A DNA stretch of 64,000 nt from Chiloscyllium plagiosum (GCF_004010195.1 NC_057720.1:10399830-10463829), one strand, 5' to 3'. Shown: positions 1 to 13,699, counted from the first letter of the stretch. A program made the numbers and translations. Notes: generated from the sequence alone by a model not told the origin.

Positions 1-400
1 TCAGAGGCTGAGGGGTGACCTTATAGAGGTTTACAAAATTATGAGGGGCATGGATAGGGTAAATAGGCAAAGTCTTTTCCCTGGGGTCGGGGAGTCCAGA
101 ACTAGAGGGCATAGGTTTAGGGTGAGAGGGGAAATATATAAAAGAAACCTAAGGGCCAACTTTTTCACACAGAGGGTGGTATGTGTATGGAATGAGCTGC
201 TAGAGGAAGTGGTGGAGGCTGGTACAGTTGCAACATTTAAGAAGCATTTGGATGGGTATATGAATAGGAAGGGTTTGGAGGGATATGGGCCGGGTGCTGG
301 CAGGTGGGACTAGATTAGGTTGGGATATCTGGCCGGCATGGACGGGTTGGAGCGAAGGGTCTGTTTCCATGCTGTACATCTCTATCACTCTATGACTCTA
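1..400 (+). mobile_element. CR1 LINE 3' end (HER1-like)
   Basis: ORF2 C-terminus (SRTRGH...FFTQRVV..WN.L) followed by a (CTATGACT)-type tail. Confidence 0.9.
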
Positions 401-932
401 TAACTGTCTTCAATTTTTCCTTTCTATAACAGGGTGACAATAACTGCACACAGTTCATGAGTGCACATCAAAGATAACAGCTGACAGCTGCATCAGCTGA
501 CAGCAGAAATACGTGATGACAGAAAAGGCCTGCATTTTACTGATGCCATAAAACCTATAAACAACAATGGATGTCTGCCTGAGGACTTACGATCTCCTGA
601 TGATAAACAATGATTAAGCAATAACGATTAAATAGTTGCAATCTCCTGTAGAAAGTTGTCCTTGGGGATTGAATATACTAGATGCTTCCCTCTTCTCTTC
701 ATTATACTTAAGGTTTTTTTTATGATCTCATTACCTGATTTAAGCAATGGGATTAACCATTGCTACTAGCAATGGCTAGTAGCCAGGTATTTTCAGTATT
801 TCCTATCCCTTGAATTTGTGTCAGAATGTGCAGCAATATTAATTAGGAACTCCGTAAAAAAGAATAGCAATATATTACAAAGTTAAAAATCACACAACAC
901 CAGGTTATAGTCCAACAGGTTTAATTGGAAGA

Positions 933-966
933 ACTAGCTTTCAGAGCACCGCTCCTTCATCAGGTG
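933..966 (-). ncRNA. Minimal hammerhead ribozyme motif, second family (element about 880-970)
   Basis: Minus strand CAC-CUGAUGA-A-GGAGC-GGU-GCUCU-GAAA-G-CUA-GU, with palindromic AGCU stem III. Confidence 0.6.
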
Positions 967-1309
967 GTTACCTATTATCTCGCTCCCTGTTCAATGACCC
1001 TCATCAGAAAATTCTGATGAAATGCACTTTTGTTTGAAGCTGCCATCTCAGGAAAGTGTGCAAAGCAGATTGACATTGGAATCACAAACAACAGCTTTCT
1101 CTCAGCAAGAGAGGGAACACGTACGAATCCAATCGTCTTCCATTTCCTTTGTCCCTGACCTCCCACAGCCTTGTTTATTCGGGGACTGTAAGGACTGACA
1201 TGATGAGGAATGGGTAAACATTATGAAAGTGATCTGGGCAGCTGCAGAATTTAGACCTATCAAAATTATAACATCCTGGTGTAAGATCACCCACGCCCTA
1301 TCGTAACTC

Positions 1310-1460
1310 TGTTCTTGGTACAAACAAAGGAGGTCTTCCTGTCACTTTTACTGTTCCTTTTTTTTTCCCTGGACACGCACTTTAAGGCTGTCCCTTCCCT
1401 ATCCAGTAAGGTTGTGGAAATATTTAATGTAAATGCCATCGTTTCTGACAATATCTGTAT
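1310..1460 (-). pseudogene. CLCA: CLCA pseudogene exon (equivalent to exon 12) with premature stop and frameshift
   Basis: After a TTTAG acceptor: (D)TDIVRNDGIYIKYFHNLTG*GRDSLKVRVQG, compare CLCA1 GADATKDDGVYSRYFTTYDTNGRYSVKVRA. TAG at 1399-1401; an A9 run shifts the frame. Similarity fades after LFVP, so the 3' boundary is approximate. Confidence 0.88.
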
Positions 1461-2774
1461 CTAAAGGTAAGAAAGGAAGAACAGCAAAATACATCGAGGG
1501 GACCATGGAATAGTAACACTCTATGAATGTTAGCACTTAACAACAAAATAATAACTCTTACACTTAGAAACTAGGAACAGAAATAGGCCATTCGGCCCTT
1601 CAATTCAATATGATCATTACTGATCTTCTACCTCAATGCCACATTGTTATTTTCTCCTCTTACCCTTTAATGGCTGTTCAGTCGAAAGATTTATTTATCT
1701 CTTTCTTGAATACATTCAGAGATGTGGCCTCTACAGCCTTACTGTACGCATAGTCACTAATGATGTGTGCAAATAAAAATAATCGGGGCCAGACGGAATT
1801 TCAAAACTCAGAACTCTTTTACTGTTCGATGGATTGCTTTATCTGTGAAGTATTGGTTAACAAGAGCTGGGCTGTGGTCCTGGAAATTGGGGACTTGGGG
1901 TGCTTACATTACATGAAGACACCCAATAATCAGCGTAGTGGGTCAGAATCGAGTGATGTCAGCTCAGTTGTACTAATAACTGCTGACTTGTGCATGTCCA
2001 AGCTATGCAGTGAATGTGATGCTTATTTACGTGGGTTCATGTCAGCTACATTTGATGGGACAGTATATAGAGTGGAATTGAATGCCTTCAGCAGGAATAA
2101 GTTAATCACACAACACCAGGTAATAGTTAATTAACACAGGTTAATTTGGAAATACTAGCATTCAGAGCACAGCTCCTTCCTCAGGTAGCTAGCTGATGCA
2201 TCAACAAAATGATGTTGGACAAAGGACCATGGGAAGTATACCCTGTCCCAGGAACAGCAGGGAGAAACTCTCACTGTGGATACATGGTGGAGGCTTGAAT
2301 ATCAAGAGAGTTGTTGCCCAGATCATGGGTGTAAGAAGTGGTTTGATGATGTGCATCAGGCTAGGTTGTGAGGAGATTTGTTTGTATCCTGTGGTTTAGC
2401 CCCAACCCACTCTTACGTGCCAAGTATTCACCATCACTTCACTTCACTTCTGTCACCCACTTGACCTACAGCAGCATCCAGCTTTTACCACCGACCCATT
2501 CATCCATCTACCCTTATAACTCACCCAAATCCGAATGCAACATGGTCACCCTCACCAAACATTAATACATCCATTAATTCGGTCATTATTCCATCCTTGA
2601 AGAACAAAATGCAAAGCAAAGGGTTAGTTTGGAAGGTTGACTGCGCAAGTAGTTTAACGTACTGAAACAGGGTGGTCTCTCTCCAGGTAAATGCCATTAA
2701 GATATCCTCCAATTGGAAATGAGGGAAATAAGGAACTAATGGATAGTTGCCGACAGATTTAAAAGTATCTGTGT

Positions 2775-3485
2775 CACAAAAGAGACCTTGGAGTGCAGGT
2801 TCATAGCTCCTTGAAAGTGGAGTCACAGGTAGATAGGATAGTGAAGGCGTTTGGTATGCTTTCCTTTATTGTCAGAGTAATGAGTACAGGAGTTGGGAGG
2901 TCATGTTGAGGCTGTGCAGGACATTGGTTCGGTCACTTTTGGAATATTGTGTGCAATTCTGGTCTCCTTCCTATTAGAAAGATGTTGTGAAACTTGAAAG
3001 GGTTCAGAAAAGATTTACAAGGACGTTGCCAGCGTTGAAGGATTTGAGCTATAGGGAGAGGCTGAACAGGCTGGGGCTGTTTTCCCTGGAGCGTCGGAGG
3101 CTGAGGAGTGACCTTATAGAGGTTTATAAAATCATGAGGGGCATGGATAGGATAAATAATCAAAGTCTTTTCCCTGGGGTGGGGGAGTCCAGAACTCAAG
3201 GGCATAGGTTTAGGATGAGAGGGGAAAGATATAAAAGAGACCTAAGGGGCAACTTTTTCATGCAGAGGGTGGTACGTGTATGGAATGACCTGCCAGAGGA
3301 AGTCGTGGAGACTAGTACAATTGCAACATTTAAGAGGCATCTGGATGTGTACATGAAGGGCTTGGAGAGATATGGGCCGGATACTGGCAAGTGGAATTAG
3401 ACTGGGTTCAGATATTTGATTGGCATGGACAAGTTGGGCCGAAGGGTCTGTTTCCGTGCTGTACAACTCTATGACTCTATGACTG
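2775..3485 (+). mobile_element. CR1 LINE 3' fragment
   Basis: LERVQKRFTR...[11 protein letters not shown] motif and CTCTATGACTCTATGACT tail. Confidence 0.9.
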
Positions 3486-3516
3486 TATGTACACTGCATG
3501 TATTTCATCAATGATG

Positions 3517-4295
3517 GGATGGCATGGTGGCTCAATGGTTAGCATTGCCAACTCACAGCACCAGGGACGTGCATTTGCTTCCACTAGCAGGAGTGTGGAG
3601 TTTGCACTTTTTGCCCGTGCCTAAGTGGGTTTCCTCCAGGTTCTCCAGTTTTCTCCAACCATCCAAAAATAGATTAGATTAGATGCAGGTTAGATGGATT
3701 GACCATGCTAGATTACCCAGAGTGTCCAGGGATGTGACGTCCAAGTGGATTAGCTGTGGGAAATGCAGGGTTACAGGGATAGAGTAGGAGGTGCTCTTAA
3801 GATTGGTGTGGATTCGATGGGCTGAATGGCCTGCTTCCACATTATGGTGATTCTATTCTATGATACACATTGTAGCGATTTTGAGATTTATGGCTTACTA
3901 TGAGCAAGTACAGGCCAAGCTTCATCAACTGCTATTTTTCCAGGACAGGAAATTTATATGGAGCATTGAGGGAGTTGCATGTTGGTTCAGAGGTTAGCTG
4001 CTGCCTCACAGTGCCAGTGACCCGGGTTCGATTCCATTCTTGGGCAACTGTCTCTGTGGAGTTTGCACATTCTCCTCCGTCTATGCTGGTTTCCTCCCAC
4101 AGTCCAAAGATATGCAGGTTAGGTGAATTGGCCATCCTAAATTGCCCATAGTATTCAGGGATGTGTAGGTTAGGTGCATTAGTCAGGGCAAATGTAAAGT
4201 AATAGGGTAGGGTAAAGGGTCTGTGTGGGATACTCTTTGGAGGGTCGGTGTGGTCTTGTGGGCCAAAGGGCCTATTTCCACACTGTAGGGACTCT
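3517..4295 (+). mobile_element. Two tRNA-derived SINEs (HE1-like): 3517-3863 and 3978-4295
   Basis: A-box-like TGGCTCAATGG and B-box GGTTCGATTCC, a shared body, and a CR1-like 3' tail. Confidence 0.85.
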
Positions 4296-4964
4296 TAAAA
4301 AAAAGCACAAGCTGCCTGAAATGATCAAGGCTGTCCATTCTGACCCTGAAGCAGTCAGCTTGCTGTGCCATTGGGAGAGCCATACTTCCCCCTTAGCTTC
4401 ATTGGAGAGCGGGAACCATTTGATATTTTTAATTCATTTATTGGATTTTGGCATGACCAGAAAGACCGGTTGTTGCCTATCGCTAATTGCCTGATTCAGG
4501 GAGCTTGTATTTCAATGTTACAAGATAGCCACATTTTTGGGAATCTGGAGTCACATGTCACTCATGTCAGAACAGCATATTCCTTTACAATGGATGGGTT
4601 TTAACAACAATTGATGATCATTCCATGGTCACTATTGCTGCTATTTTAGCATATGCACTCAAATTTCACATCCAGTCAATGAAAGATTTGAACCCATGAC
4701 TCCAGAGCTCCATATTGGTCTCTGGACTATTATTGCATTAAAGTTACTACAATGGCACTATCTCGCCTTTCATCAGCCATTCAATATATTTATCTGGTGA
4801 AAGAAGAGTAACCTCTGCTGCTACTATCCCAGATCAGACTTAGCGCTGAACCTCTGTAATATTTAATACAAAGGGTGTTGCCAGTCCTTAATTCTTGTTA
4901 ATCATCTTATGTTGATATGTAGGTCCCCTCACAATGTCAGTTTACTTGACTGGCAATGAAAGAA

Positions 4965-5571
4965 TGTTATGGACCAGACCAGACTCCTTCAAAATATATT
5001 AAAAAGACGGCCTAGACCCTAATGTTTTCTTATTTTAAAATTAAATGTCAGGTGCTGTGCTCAAGATGCAATTTCTTTGGTTAAGCAAATCAGAATCTAT
5101 TCAAAAACTGCAGTTAAAATGCAACAAAAGAAAGAAGCTCAGGGAATAACAACTCTATTGGAAAACTGAACAGAATAATAGATACAATTACTATTACTAA
5201 TTAACTGTTCCAATACGGTAACATCCCACAAACACACCCTTGGCAAAAGGCAAATTCAGAAAACAGATTTTGTCTCCCATGCAATCCAACAGCCCTCGAA
5301 AGAGAATCCCCAGCTTTTGGCTATAATTGAGAGAGGGAAAAATAGCTTCCACTTCTTCAAGACCCCAACAGCAACTGCTAAAAGCTAAACCTGAAATCCT
5401 CCCTGTTTCTGTGGGAACTCACACCCATTCAGGCTGCATCTATTGTTCCAATTTTTTTAAAGAAAGCAGCCAAGGCCTGTCAGGCTGTTTACCTTCTCGT
5501 AGACTGTCCCCAATCTCTGACTAAAAGAAACCAGGACAAAACACATCTCTTGAAGCCATAGCATCATGATA
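4965..5571 (-). mobile_element. Solo LTR with 4-bp TSD
   Basis: Begins TGTTATGG and ends GCATCATGATA (GCATCGTCACA in the paralog). Flanked by AGAA at 4961-4964 and 5572-5575. Confidence 0.85.
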
Positions 5572-5731
5572 AGAAGCAAAGAGCATGATAAAGCAACTCC
5601 ATGCCATAAATACTTTCTTTACTTCCATTAGGTGCTTTCTCCCTGGAAATTAAAGTTGGATACATCCACTGTTCAGATAGTGACAGTATAAATAAGCATT
5701 TTATTTCACCGTGTCACATTATGAATCTTAC

Positions 5732-5994
5732 CCAGGCCGTCATCAGAAAGCACCTGTTCAACTGGAGGGCCAGTGGGGGGTTTCAATAATAGCTGTCACA
5801 TTCATAAATACAACAGGTGAGAATCCCTAACTGACTTGTGCATAGACTATCATCGGGTTTGTTGAATCTTTTCTGTTGATATGTGCATTGACTATGAAAG
5901 GAGAAACCTTCTCATCTGCTGCTCGGGATGTCACTGTGATGGTTATAACCTGTTCAGTTCCAGGAGTCAGGAAACTGTACTTCCAACGTCCTGT
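5732..5994 (-). pseudogene. CLCA: CLCA pseudogene exon (equivalent to exon 11) with premature stop and frameshift
   Basis: TGRWKYSF...TITVTSRAA...PMIVYAQVS*GFSPV...VTAIIET...DDGL. In-frame TAG at 5827-5829. The 263-nt length and a C6 run imply a +1 frameshift. AG and GTAAG boundaries present. Confidence 0.92.
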
Positions 5995-6753
5995 CTGGGA
6001 AACAAGTATTCGTTGCTAGGGTTAGAACAGATAGGGGTTTCCTGAATGACTAGTTCAGGAAAATCTAAAATTTGATTATGGCTCTCTGGTAACTGAGTTG
6101 ATCTTAGTTACTGGAGCTGTCATTTGTTGGCAGGTATGAATGGCCACAACATGGATTCCTGCTTTCTAACCAAATGGCATTTTGGAAACTGTCGTGAAGG
6201 TCAATGAAGTCAGGATTGGAATTAGTTGTGATGTTTCCCAACTGTGATGTTTCCAACTATTAATTCCCAAGACTGTGAATCAAATTGAATGATAATTTCT
6301 GAATACCCTCCTTTCTCACTAATGCATTAGAAGCTGCACCATGTAGAAATAATATATCTCACATGGTGGAAATAGCCAGGAAAGGAAACTGTTGAAGACG
6401 ATGGAAAGACCAGATTTCAGGGATTGAGAAAGCAGAGAGTAGCTGTTTAAAAGAAGGGACACTCTTGTTTTGGAAGCAGTTCAGAGATTCCCTTGATTAT
6501 TTCCTGGGATGAAGAGGTTTACCTAATGAGGAAATGTTGAACAGAATGGGGCTGTATCCACTGGAATTTCGAAGGGGGTGAGGTATATTCAAAACATATA
6601 GGATTCTAAAGGTCTTGCTTGGATAGTGTTTGGTGGGGACTTTTCTGAATAACGGATGGGTGACTGTAAGCAAGTTGCACATGGACAATATTATCAGGAA
6701 ACATGCTTAAATTGATAAGATGTAGATTTGCATGAGAAACAATTTGATCATAC

Positions 6754-6975
6754 CTGGGCGGTGTCATTAATCTTCAGCTGGGCTGTTTGTATGGTGTTAT
6801 CAATCTTAAAGCAACTGCTGTTGTATATCTTTCCACTGGGGTCATGTACAAACACACCTGGTGTCTGCCTCTCCCACGTAATAACAAAACATGTGTCATT
6901 CCCAATGGTCTTAACGACAAATACTGTACCATTCAACCAAATGTCATCATCAATCCTTATTCCAGAGCTTTCACA
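6754..6975 (-). pseudogene. CLCA: CLCA pseudogene exon (equivalent to exon 10), reading frame open
   Basis: 74 codons CESSGIRIDDDIWLNGTVFVVKTIGNDTCFVITWERQTPGVFVHDPSG...TAQ with canonical AG and GTATGA boundaries. Matches CLCA W(M/L)NGTV..TxGxDTxFxITW..DPSG. Confidence 0.92.
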
Positions 6976-7082
6976 CTGGGACCAAGCAAATAAAATTACT
7001 GTGTTTTATGTTTTCCTGTTAGGTTAGCACAAATGAAATTTAAAATGTGAATCGGAAACTCATTTTCTGATAGCAATCAAAC

Positions 7083-7185
7083 TTAATTGATGTTGACTAA
7101 CGTCACCATTTCCTGATACTAATCCAATCAAAACATCCATTAATCCATTAGTATCAAGGTTATCAGTGGCTGCAAACTGCAAACC
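7083..7185 (-). pseudogene. CLCA: CLCA pseudogene exon (equivalent to exon 9, end of VWA region)
   Basis: GLQFAATDNLDTNGLMDVLIGLVSGNGDVSQ resembles CLCA1 GLQTYASDQVQNNGLIDAFGALSSGNGAVSQ. Preceded by a polypyrimidine tract and CAG; phases at both ends look disturbed by small deletions. Confidence 0.8.
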
Positions 7186-7317
7186 CTGCAGAGAATAAGA
7201 AGGTAATGTCATAAATACAGAGAGAACCTCTGGCCAATTGTAGTGAATAATTTAATTCTGAAATAGGCATCCATGGGTTTCTGCAGTGTGACAGAATCCA
7301 CCCAATGAAAGTTAATT

Positions 7318-7976
7318 CGGCACAGTGGCTCAGTGTTTAGCACTGCTACCTCACAGTGCCAGGGACCCAGATTTCATTCCACAGGGCAACTGTGCCTGTG
7401 GAGTTTTTACATTCTCCCCGTGTCTGTGTGAGTTTCCTCCAAATGCTCTAATTTCCCCTCACAGTTCAAAGCAAGTTACATGGATTGGCCATGCTAAATT
7501 GTTCATAAACTCCAGGGATGTGTAGGCTAGTTTGATTGACAATGGGAGATGCAGGGTTACGGTAGAGGGTGGGTTTGGGTGGGATGCTCTTCAGAAGATT
7601 GGTGTGAATTTGATGGGCCAAATGGCTTGCTTCATCAGTGTAGGGATTCTAAGATAAACTCTGGAGCATTTACCCCAATTTTAAGTCCACACCAACCCAC
7701 TGAAGAGTATCCCACCCAAACTCATTGTTCTCCATTTATCCCTGACTAATGCACCTAATCTACACATCCCTGAATACTATGGGCAATTTAAGCACGGTCA
7801 ATTCACCTAACCTGCACATGTTTAGATTGTGGGAGGAAACCAGAGCACCCAGAGGAAATCCACGCAGACACGGGGAAAATGTGCAAACTCCACACAGACA
7901 GTTGCCCGAAGCTGGGATCAAACCTGGGTCCCTGGCGCTGTGAGGCAGCAGTGCTAACCACTGAGCCACCATGCCA
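7318..7976. mobile_element. Inverted pair of HE1-like SINEs (plus 7318-7652, minus 7683-7976)
   Basis: Both copies have tRNA-like heads and are arranged tail to tail. Confidence 0.85.
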
Positions 7977-8129
7977 CTTGTTGCCACTTGGCAGTTAACG
8001 ACCAGAAATGTGGTCACACATAAAGAACTAATGAACTATTCTATCCCACAAACTCAATTAGGTTATCACTTGATTCTAATCTCAACACATAGAGTGTAAG
8101 AAACTTAATTTAATGTCAGCGTTGGGTAA

Positions 8130-9370
8130 GATTTTTGAAAACAATAATTAATAGAAGAAAAGTTAACAGGTGATTTGGGTCAATAAAGGATAACCAACAC
8201 GCATTTATAAAATGCAGGGCATGTGTAACTAATCAAATTGAATTTTTGATGAAGTACAGAGATGGATCATGAAGGGAATGAAATGAATTGCGTCTGTGTG
8301 GATTTTAAGAAAATATAAAACAAAGCACCAACTTATAGGTTGGTTAAATTAATTTTGAGTCAGATGGGTCAGTATAAACTTGGATAAAGAAATGGCTTGT
8401 AGACTGTAAACAGTGAATTGTGGTCAATGAATATTTTTCACACACAAGGATGATTAGCAGTGGGGTCCCCAAGTGCGTTAGGAGTACTAGATACGAATTA
8501 CTAAGATCACAATTTTTTTCTATTATATACAGATGACTTGACTTTCAAAAATTGCTTTTTATGTCCAAGTTGGAGGTTTCATTAGTGAGGATGATACAAA
8601 TGATCGATAAAAGGACAACTATAGAAGGACAGGGTGGCTAAGTAAGTGGCCGAATAAAGTTAAAACAGAGCAGTGCGAGATAACACATTTTGACAGAAGG
8701 GATTGGAAGAAAAAGTGAACACATCAAGGCACAGTTCAAAAGACTGGGCAGGAACTGGGGGACCTCAGAGTTCAGGGCCAGTTTTTTATTCATTAATGGG
8801 AGGTGAATATTGTTGGCTGGGCCAGCATTTTTTATTCATGCAGAATTTCCCAGAGGGCAGTTATGGATTGATGTAGTTCTGGGATCACATATGAGCCAGA
8901 TTAGGTAAGGATGGGAGATAGCCTTTCTTTCAGTCCTACATTCTGCTGAGTGTCTATTTGAGGTAGAGGAATAGAGAATGAACTTCAAGTAACAATCCAG
9001 GTGAATAAATCATGACAAATAAAAATTGGAGTACATTTTCAAGTGGAATAGAATTGATTATTGGAGTTGTTACGGTTAAATTTCTATCAAAACCTTTCCA
9101 CCTGCACTGAGTAATGTGAACAATCCGGTCTCTCCCAACAAGTTATGGATGCAGTGGAGAAGGTACAACATATTCTTTAGAGTGATGATTGAATGGAGAG
9201 ATTACTCCCATCAGGAAAGATTAAATCAGGCAGGGCTCTTCTCTCCAGGTCTGAAGGGATGACATGATGGAAACACTTAAGATTATGAAGGAGTTTTAAT
9301 AATGGATGGTTAAAAAAAAGGCTCCACATGATAGGATGTATAGGATTAAGGCCAGAAGCTCTGAATAATC
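8130..9370 (+). mobile_element. Old degenerate CR1 RT fragments with other inserted repeat pieces
   Basis: Degraded similarity to the CR1 RT copies elsewhere in the window. Boundaries approximate. Confidence 0.55.
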
Positions 9371-9689
9371 AATGATAAAGATTGGCAATCTCTCCAACAC
9401 CTTCAACATTCACTGTCTTTACCACTGACCACAGTATTGTCCACAATTTCCTTGACAGTAATTAATTGAGGCTCCTCTGACAGCATCTTCCAGGCCCGAT
9501 AAAAAAGGCAGCAAACACATGAGAATACCACCATTTGCAGGTTCTTCACCCACTCATCAATCTGACTTGTAATTATATTAGAAGTACTCCTTCACTTTGC
9601 TGGGTCAAAATCCAGGCGCTCCCTACACCCCAAAGACTGCAGCAATTCAAGAAGGCAGCTGAATACCAGCATCCCTCCAGAGCAATTAC

Positions 9690-10305
9690 AGAGTCATAGA
9701 GTCATAGAGATATACAGCATGGACCCTTCGGTCCAACCGTCTATGCCGACCAGATATCCCAACACAATCTAGCCCCACCTGCCAGCATCCGGCCCATATC
9801 CCTCCAAACCCTTCCTATTCATATACCCATCCAGATGCATTTCAAATGTTGCAATTGCACTGGCCTCCATCACTTCCTCTGGCAGCTCATTCCATACACG
9901 TACCACCTTCTGAGTGAAAACATTGCCCTTTAAGTCTCTTTTATTTCTTCCCCCTCCCACCCTAAACCTATACCCTCAAGTTCTAGACTCCCCCACCCCA
10001 GGGAAAAGACTTTGTCTATTTATCCTATCCATGACTCTCATGATTTTATAAACCTCTATCAGGTCACCCCTCAGCCTTCGACACTCCAGGGAAAATAGCC
10101 GCAGCCTATTCAACCTCTCTCTATAGCTCAAATCCTCCAACCCTGGCAACATCCCTGTAAATCTTTTCTGAACCCTTTCAAGTTTCACAACATCCTTCCA
10201 ATAGGAAGGAGACTACAATTCCATATAATATTCCAAAAGTGACCGAACCAATGTCCTGCACAGCCTCAACATGACCTCCCAAATTCCTATACTCATTACT
10301 CTGTC
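9690..10305 (-). mobile_element. CR1 LINE 3' fragment
   Basis: ORFs 9976-10188 and 9769-9960 encode the CR1 ORF2 C-terminus; AGAGTCAT tail at 9690-9710. Confidence 0.9.
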
Positions 10306-10329
10306 ATTCCTATATTCTCAGATCTCAAC

Positions 10330-12300
10330 AATCAAGAGAAACCTGCTGAATACGTTCCGCACAGTAGTATCTAAATGTGATGCAATATTTTAAAAATTAT
10401 GTAACTGAATCACTAGGCCTTTCTCTTCTACTTCATAGCGGAAGGATTTGCCTTTAATTGGTTAAGTCTCATCAATGCTTATTTTTAAATTAAGTTCCAT
10501 TTACAATTCTTTAACCCATTGACCAAATTGATCAAGACCTCATTCAAATCTTAGATAGACTTATTTTTAGTCCACTATACCACCAATGTGTATCATTCAC
10601 ACATTTTTAAACCATGCTTTCTGTAGTCCACTCTGAATAATTTATATCAATGAAAAACGGAAGTAGACCCAACACCAATCACTGTGGATCACCGCTGATC
10701 ACAGGTCTCAATCCGGTAAACAAATCTTTGCCATAATTCCGGCTCTTCTGTTTTTAAGCCAATTTTGTATCCAATCGGCTAGCTCACATGGAATACCATG
10801 TGATCTAACTTTAGTGATTAGTGTATCAAATCAATTTTATCAAAGGCTTTACAAAAGTCTAAGTAAAGAACACCTATCACTTTGCACTTATCAATTTTCT
10901 TGGTTAATTGCTGAAAAACATTAACCAAGTCTCACACAATGCTGTGTTGGACACCCTAGTGCTTCCTTACCTCTCCAAGTTCATTTAATTGATATCTTTC
11001 AGAATCTCGTCCCAAACGTACCCAATACTGAAGTCAGACTCAGAAGCGTATAGTTCCAAATCGTCTCCTTACAAACCCTCTTAAAGAAATGCACAACATT
11101 TACCACTGTCCAGTCATCCTATACCTTTATTGTAGTTATATGCGACATGAATATTTTGCAAACGGCCCACAATTTCCTCTCTAACTTAGAACAAGGTTGT
11201 GGGCCACAAAATGTCGGGTGCTGGATACATTTCCAACTTTATATTTTCTAAGATATCCAGTAATTCCTCTTTGGCAAAGTAAACTTTTCTCTAATCCTCA
11301 ATGCTGATTTCCTTGAGTTCTCCAGCCGCTACTGCTTTCTCCACTATAATAACTGATGTAACATATTAATCCAATACCTCTCCTATCTGTTTTGGTTCAA
11401 CATAAAGATGGTCTGTTTCATCTCAAGGCCCGAGTATCTCTCTATTTCTTAGCCTGCTCCTAATGGTCGCAATCTCTTTGCATTATCCTGAATATTATTT
11501 GCCGAGGTTATATCATATCCTGTCTTTGCCTTCCTTTTAGGGATGCCTAGATATTGTTTATACTGTTCAAGAACATCAGTTGAATCCAGTTGTTTATAGT
11601 CAAGTTATGATTCCTTTTGTGTTCTTGATGAGAACTTTAATGATATTATTCATTTTTTCCTAATAATTACAGCCTTACATTTTACTCTAACAGGAACATG
11701 ATGACTCTAAACACTCATTACCGCTCATTTGAAATCTTTCCTCTTACCAGATGTCTTTTTATTTGCGAACAGTCTCCTCTAATCAGAGTTTGGATGTTCT
11801 TGTCTTGTACCGTTTAAATGAGAATCAAAGTGCTCTCCATATTATCAATTCACTTTGTTGTCCTGTTCCAATATCCAAGAGAAGGTGACATTAGGTTTCT
11901 CTGCTCGTCACACGTATGTTTTGAGAAATAAAGTTTTCTTCAACACATTTAGAAAATTCCTCTTGCACCGTTAAAATTAGAGCCAAAGTATTCCCCATGT
12001 GATCACTTAATTTCGTGTCCTGTCCTATTAGACAAGAGAAGATGAAGTTATGCTGCTCTGCTCGTCACATTTATGTTTTGATAAATAGAGTTTTCTTGAA
12101 AACATTTAGCAAATTTTACACCATCCAAATCTTTAACACCATGGTAGTCCCAGTCAATGTTTGAAAAATTGAAATCATTACATTAATTACAACCTTATTC
12201 TTCTTACATATATCTGAGTTTTCCCTACATATTTGATTGTCAGTTTCGTGCTGATTATTTAGCAGTTTGCATATAGACAGTCCCATCAAGGTTATTTTCT
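10330..12300 (-). mobile_element. Old degenerate CR1 ORF2
   Basis: Decayed similarity, in the same order, to the EN-linker-RT regions of the younger CR1 at 24310-26620. Confidence 0.6.
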
Positions 12301-12508
12301 TTTAATTTTTAATTTCAGTTGTAATTCACTGCTCTGGGTTAATCGAAAGATTCACGTGTATCTTGATCAATTTCCAGACTTCAATCAGAGTGACAGGAAT
12401 ATACAAAAAGAATGACATCTCAAGCCAACCACTGAATTATAAATCCGAAGCCTTGCTCACAATCTGACATAGATGGTTCATATAGAATCAGGCTTACTTT
12501 ATTCCGAA

Positions 12509-12789
12509 AGGGCAGCACGGTGGTTAGCACTGCTGCCTCACAGCGCCTGAGGCCCGGGTTCAATTCCTGCCTCAGGCAGGACTGTGTGGAGTTTGCACAT
12601 TCTCTCCGTGTCTGCGTGGGTTTCCTCCGGGTGCTCCGGTTTCCTCCGACAGTCCAAAGATATGCAGGTTAGGTGAATTGGTCATGCTAAATTGCCCGTA
12701 GTGGTAGGTGTATGGGTGGGTTGCGCTTCGGCGGGTCGGTGTGGACTTGTTGGGCCGAATGGCCTGTTTCCACACTGCAAGTAATCTAA
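12509..12789 (+). mobile_element. HE1-like SINE (young, CpG-rich)
   Basis: GGGCAGCACGGTGGTTAGCACTGCTGCCTCACAGCG...GGTTCAATTCC head. Confidence 0.88.
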
Positions 12790-13413
12790 ATATGTCAGAA
12801 ATGATAAAATTTTAAAACAGCAAAATGCAAGCCAAGTATTTCATCGGAGAATATTGTGTGCCCATCTTGCTGTTCTGATTAACAGAAAATTCCCATTTTC
12901 ATTCCTTGTTACAATCCACGAATTGTACACTTTAAACTAATTGTTTGTTGCTCGCTGTGAGAAGTGTGACAGCTCCGTCTGACATCGAACATACAAGAAC
13001 ATCAGTTGAAATCTTGCTCTCCTGAAACATGTGTTTCCTGCTTCTTTCTTTTTGTCTCGGTGACCGTTCCGTCAGGTGGGAGTCGAGTGAAAAGGCTGAG
13101 AGTGTTTTATTGATTCCTAAACCATACCCAAAAGAAGTGTGCATGCATGCGATCATTTCATTGTAGAAATGGTGCATGGACAGACGCATAGCATAGACAG
13201 ACGCACGATAACTGGCTATTCACCTACCCAGGCAATCAAATACGTCACTTGCCTCACTTCTCCCCCAGAAACCTGCTTGTAATTCTCTGTCAGTGATTTA
13301 TCCAGTTCCTCTTTGGATAATAAATTATTCTGTCCAATGCTGGAAGTCACTGATCTCTATGTGTGTGCTCAGATGCCCTTGTATTCAAATTACACAGAAC
13401 ACTGACATGCTGA

Positions 13414-13670
13414 ATTAGATTACTTACTTGCAGTGTGGAAACAGGCCTTTCGGCCCAACAAGGCCACACCGACCCTCCGAAGAGCAAGCCACCCAGACCT
13501 ATGCCCCTAACCTGCACATTTCTTTGGACTGTGGGAGGAAACCAGAGCAAAGCCACGCAGCCGTGGGGAGAATAAGTAAACTCCGCACAGACAGTTCCCT
13601 GAGGCGGGAACTGAACCCAGATCTCTGGCGCTGTGAGGCAGCAGTGCTAACCACTGTGCCACGGTGCCAC
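13414..13670 (-). mobile_element. HE1-like SINE
   Basis: Reverse complement of the same head and body; AATCT-repeat tail. Confidence 0.88.
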
Positions 13671-13699
13671 CCAAGAAGATGCAAGCACATTGGCTTTGA

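Noticed and set aside
591..646. Possible minus-strand micro-exon (TTCTACAG...GTAAGT)
   Set aside because: Splice-like ends, but no frame resembles CLCA exon 13 or any protein I recognise.
1760..2134. 124-aa ORF, or a degenerate CLCA last exon on the opposite strand
   Set aside because: No convincing motif match in any frame, and the position between exons 11 and 12 is wrong for a terminal exon.
12509..12575. tRNA genes at SINE heads
   Set aside because: The A/B boxes are followed by the SINE body and CR1-like tail; no complete cloverleaf is evident.
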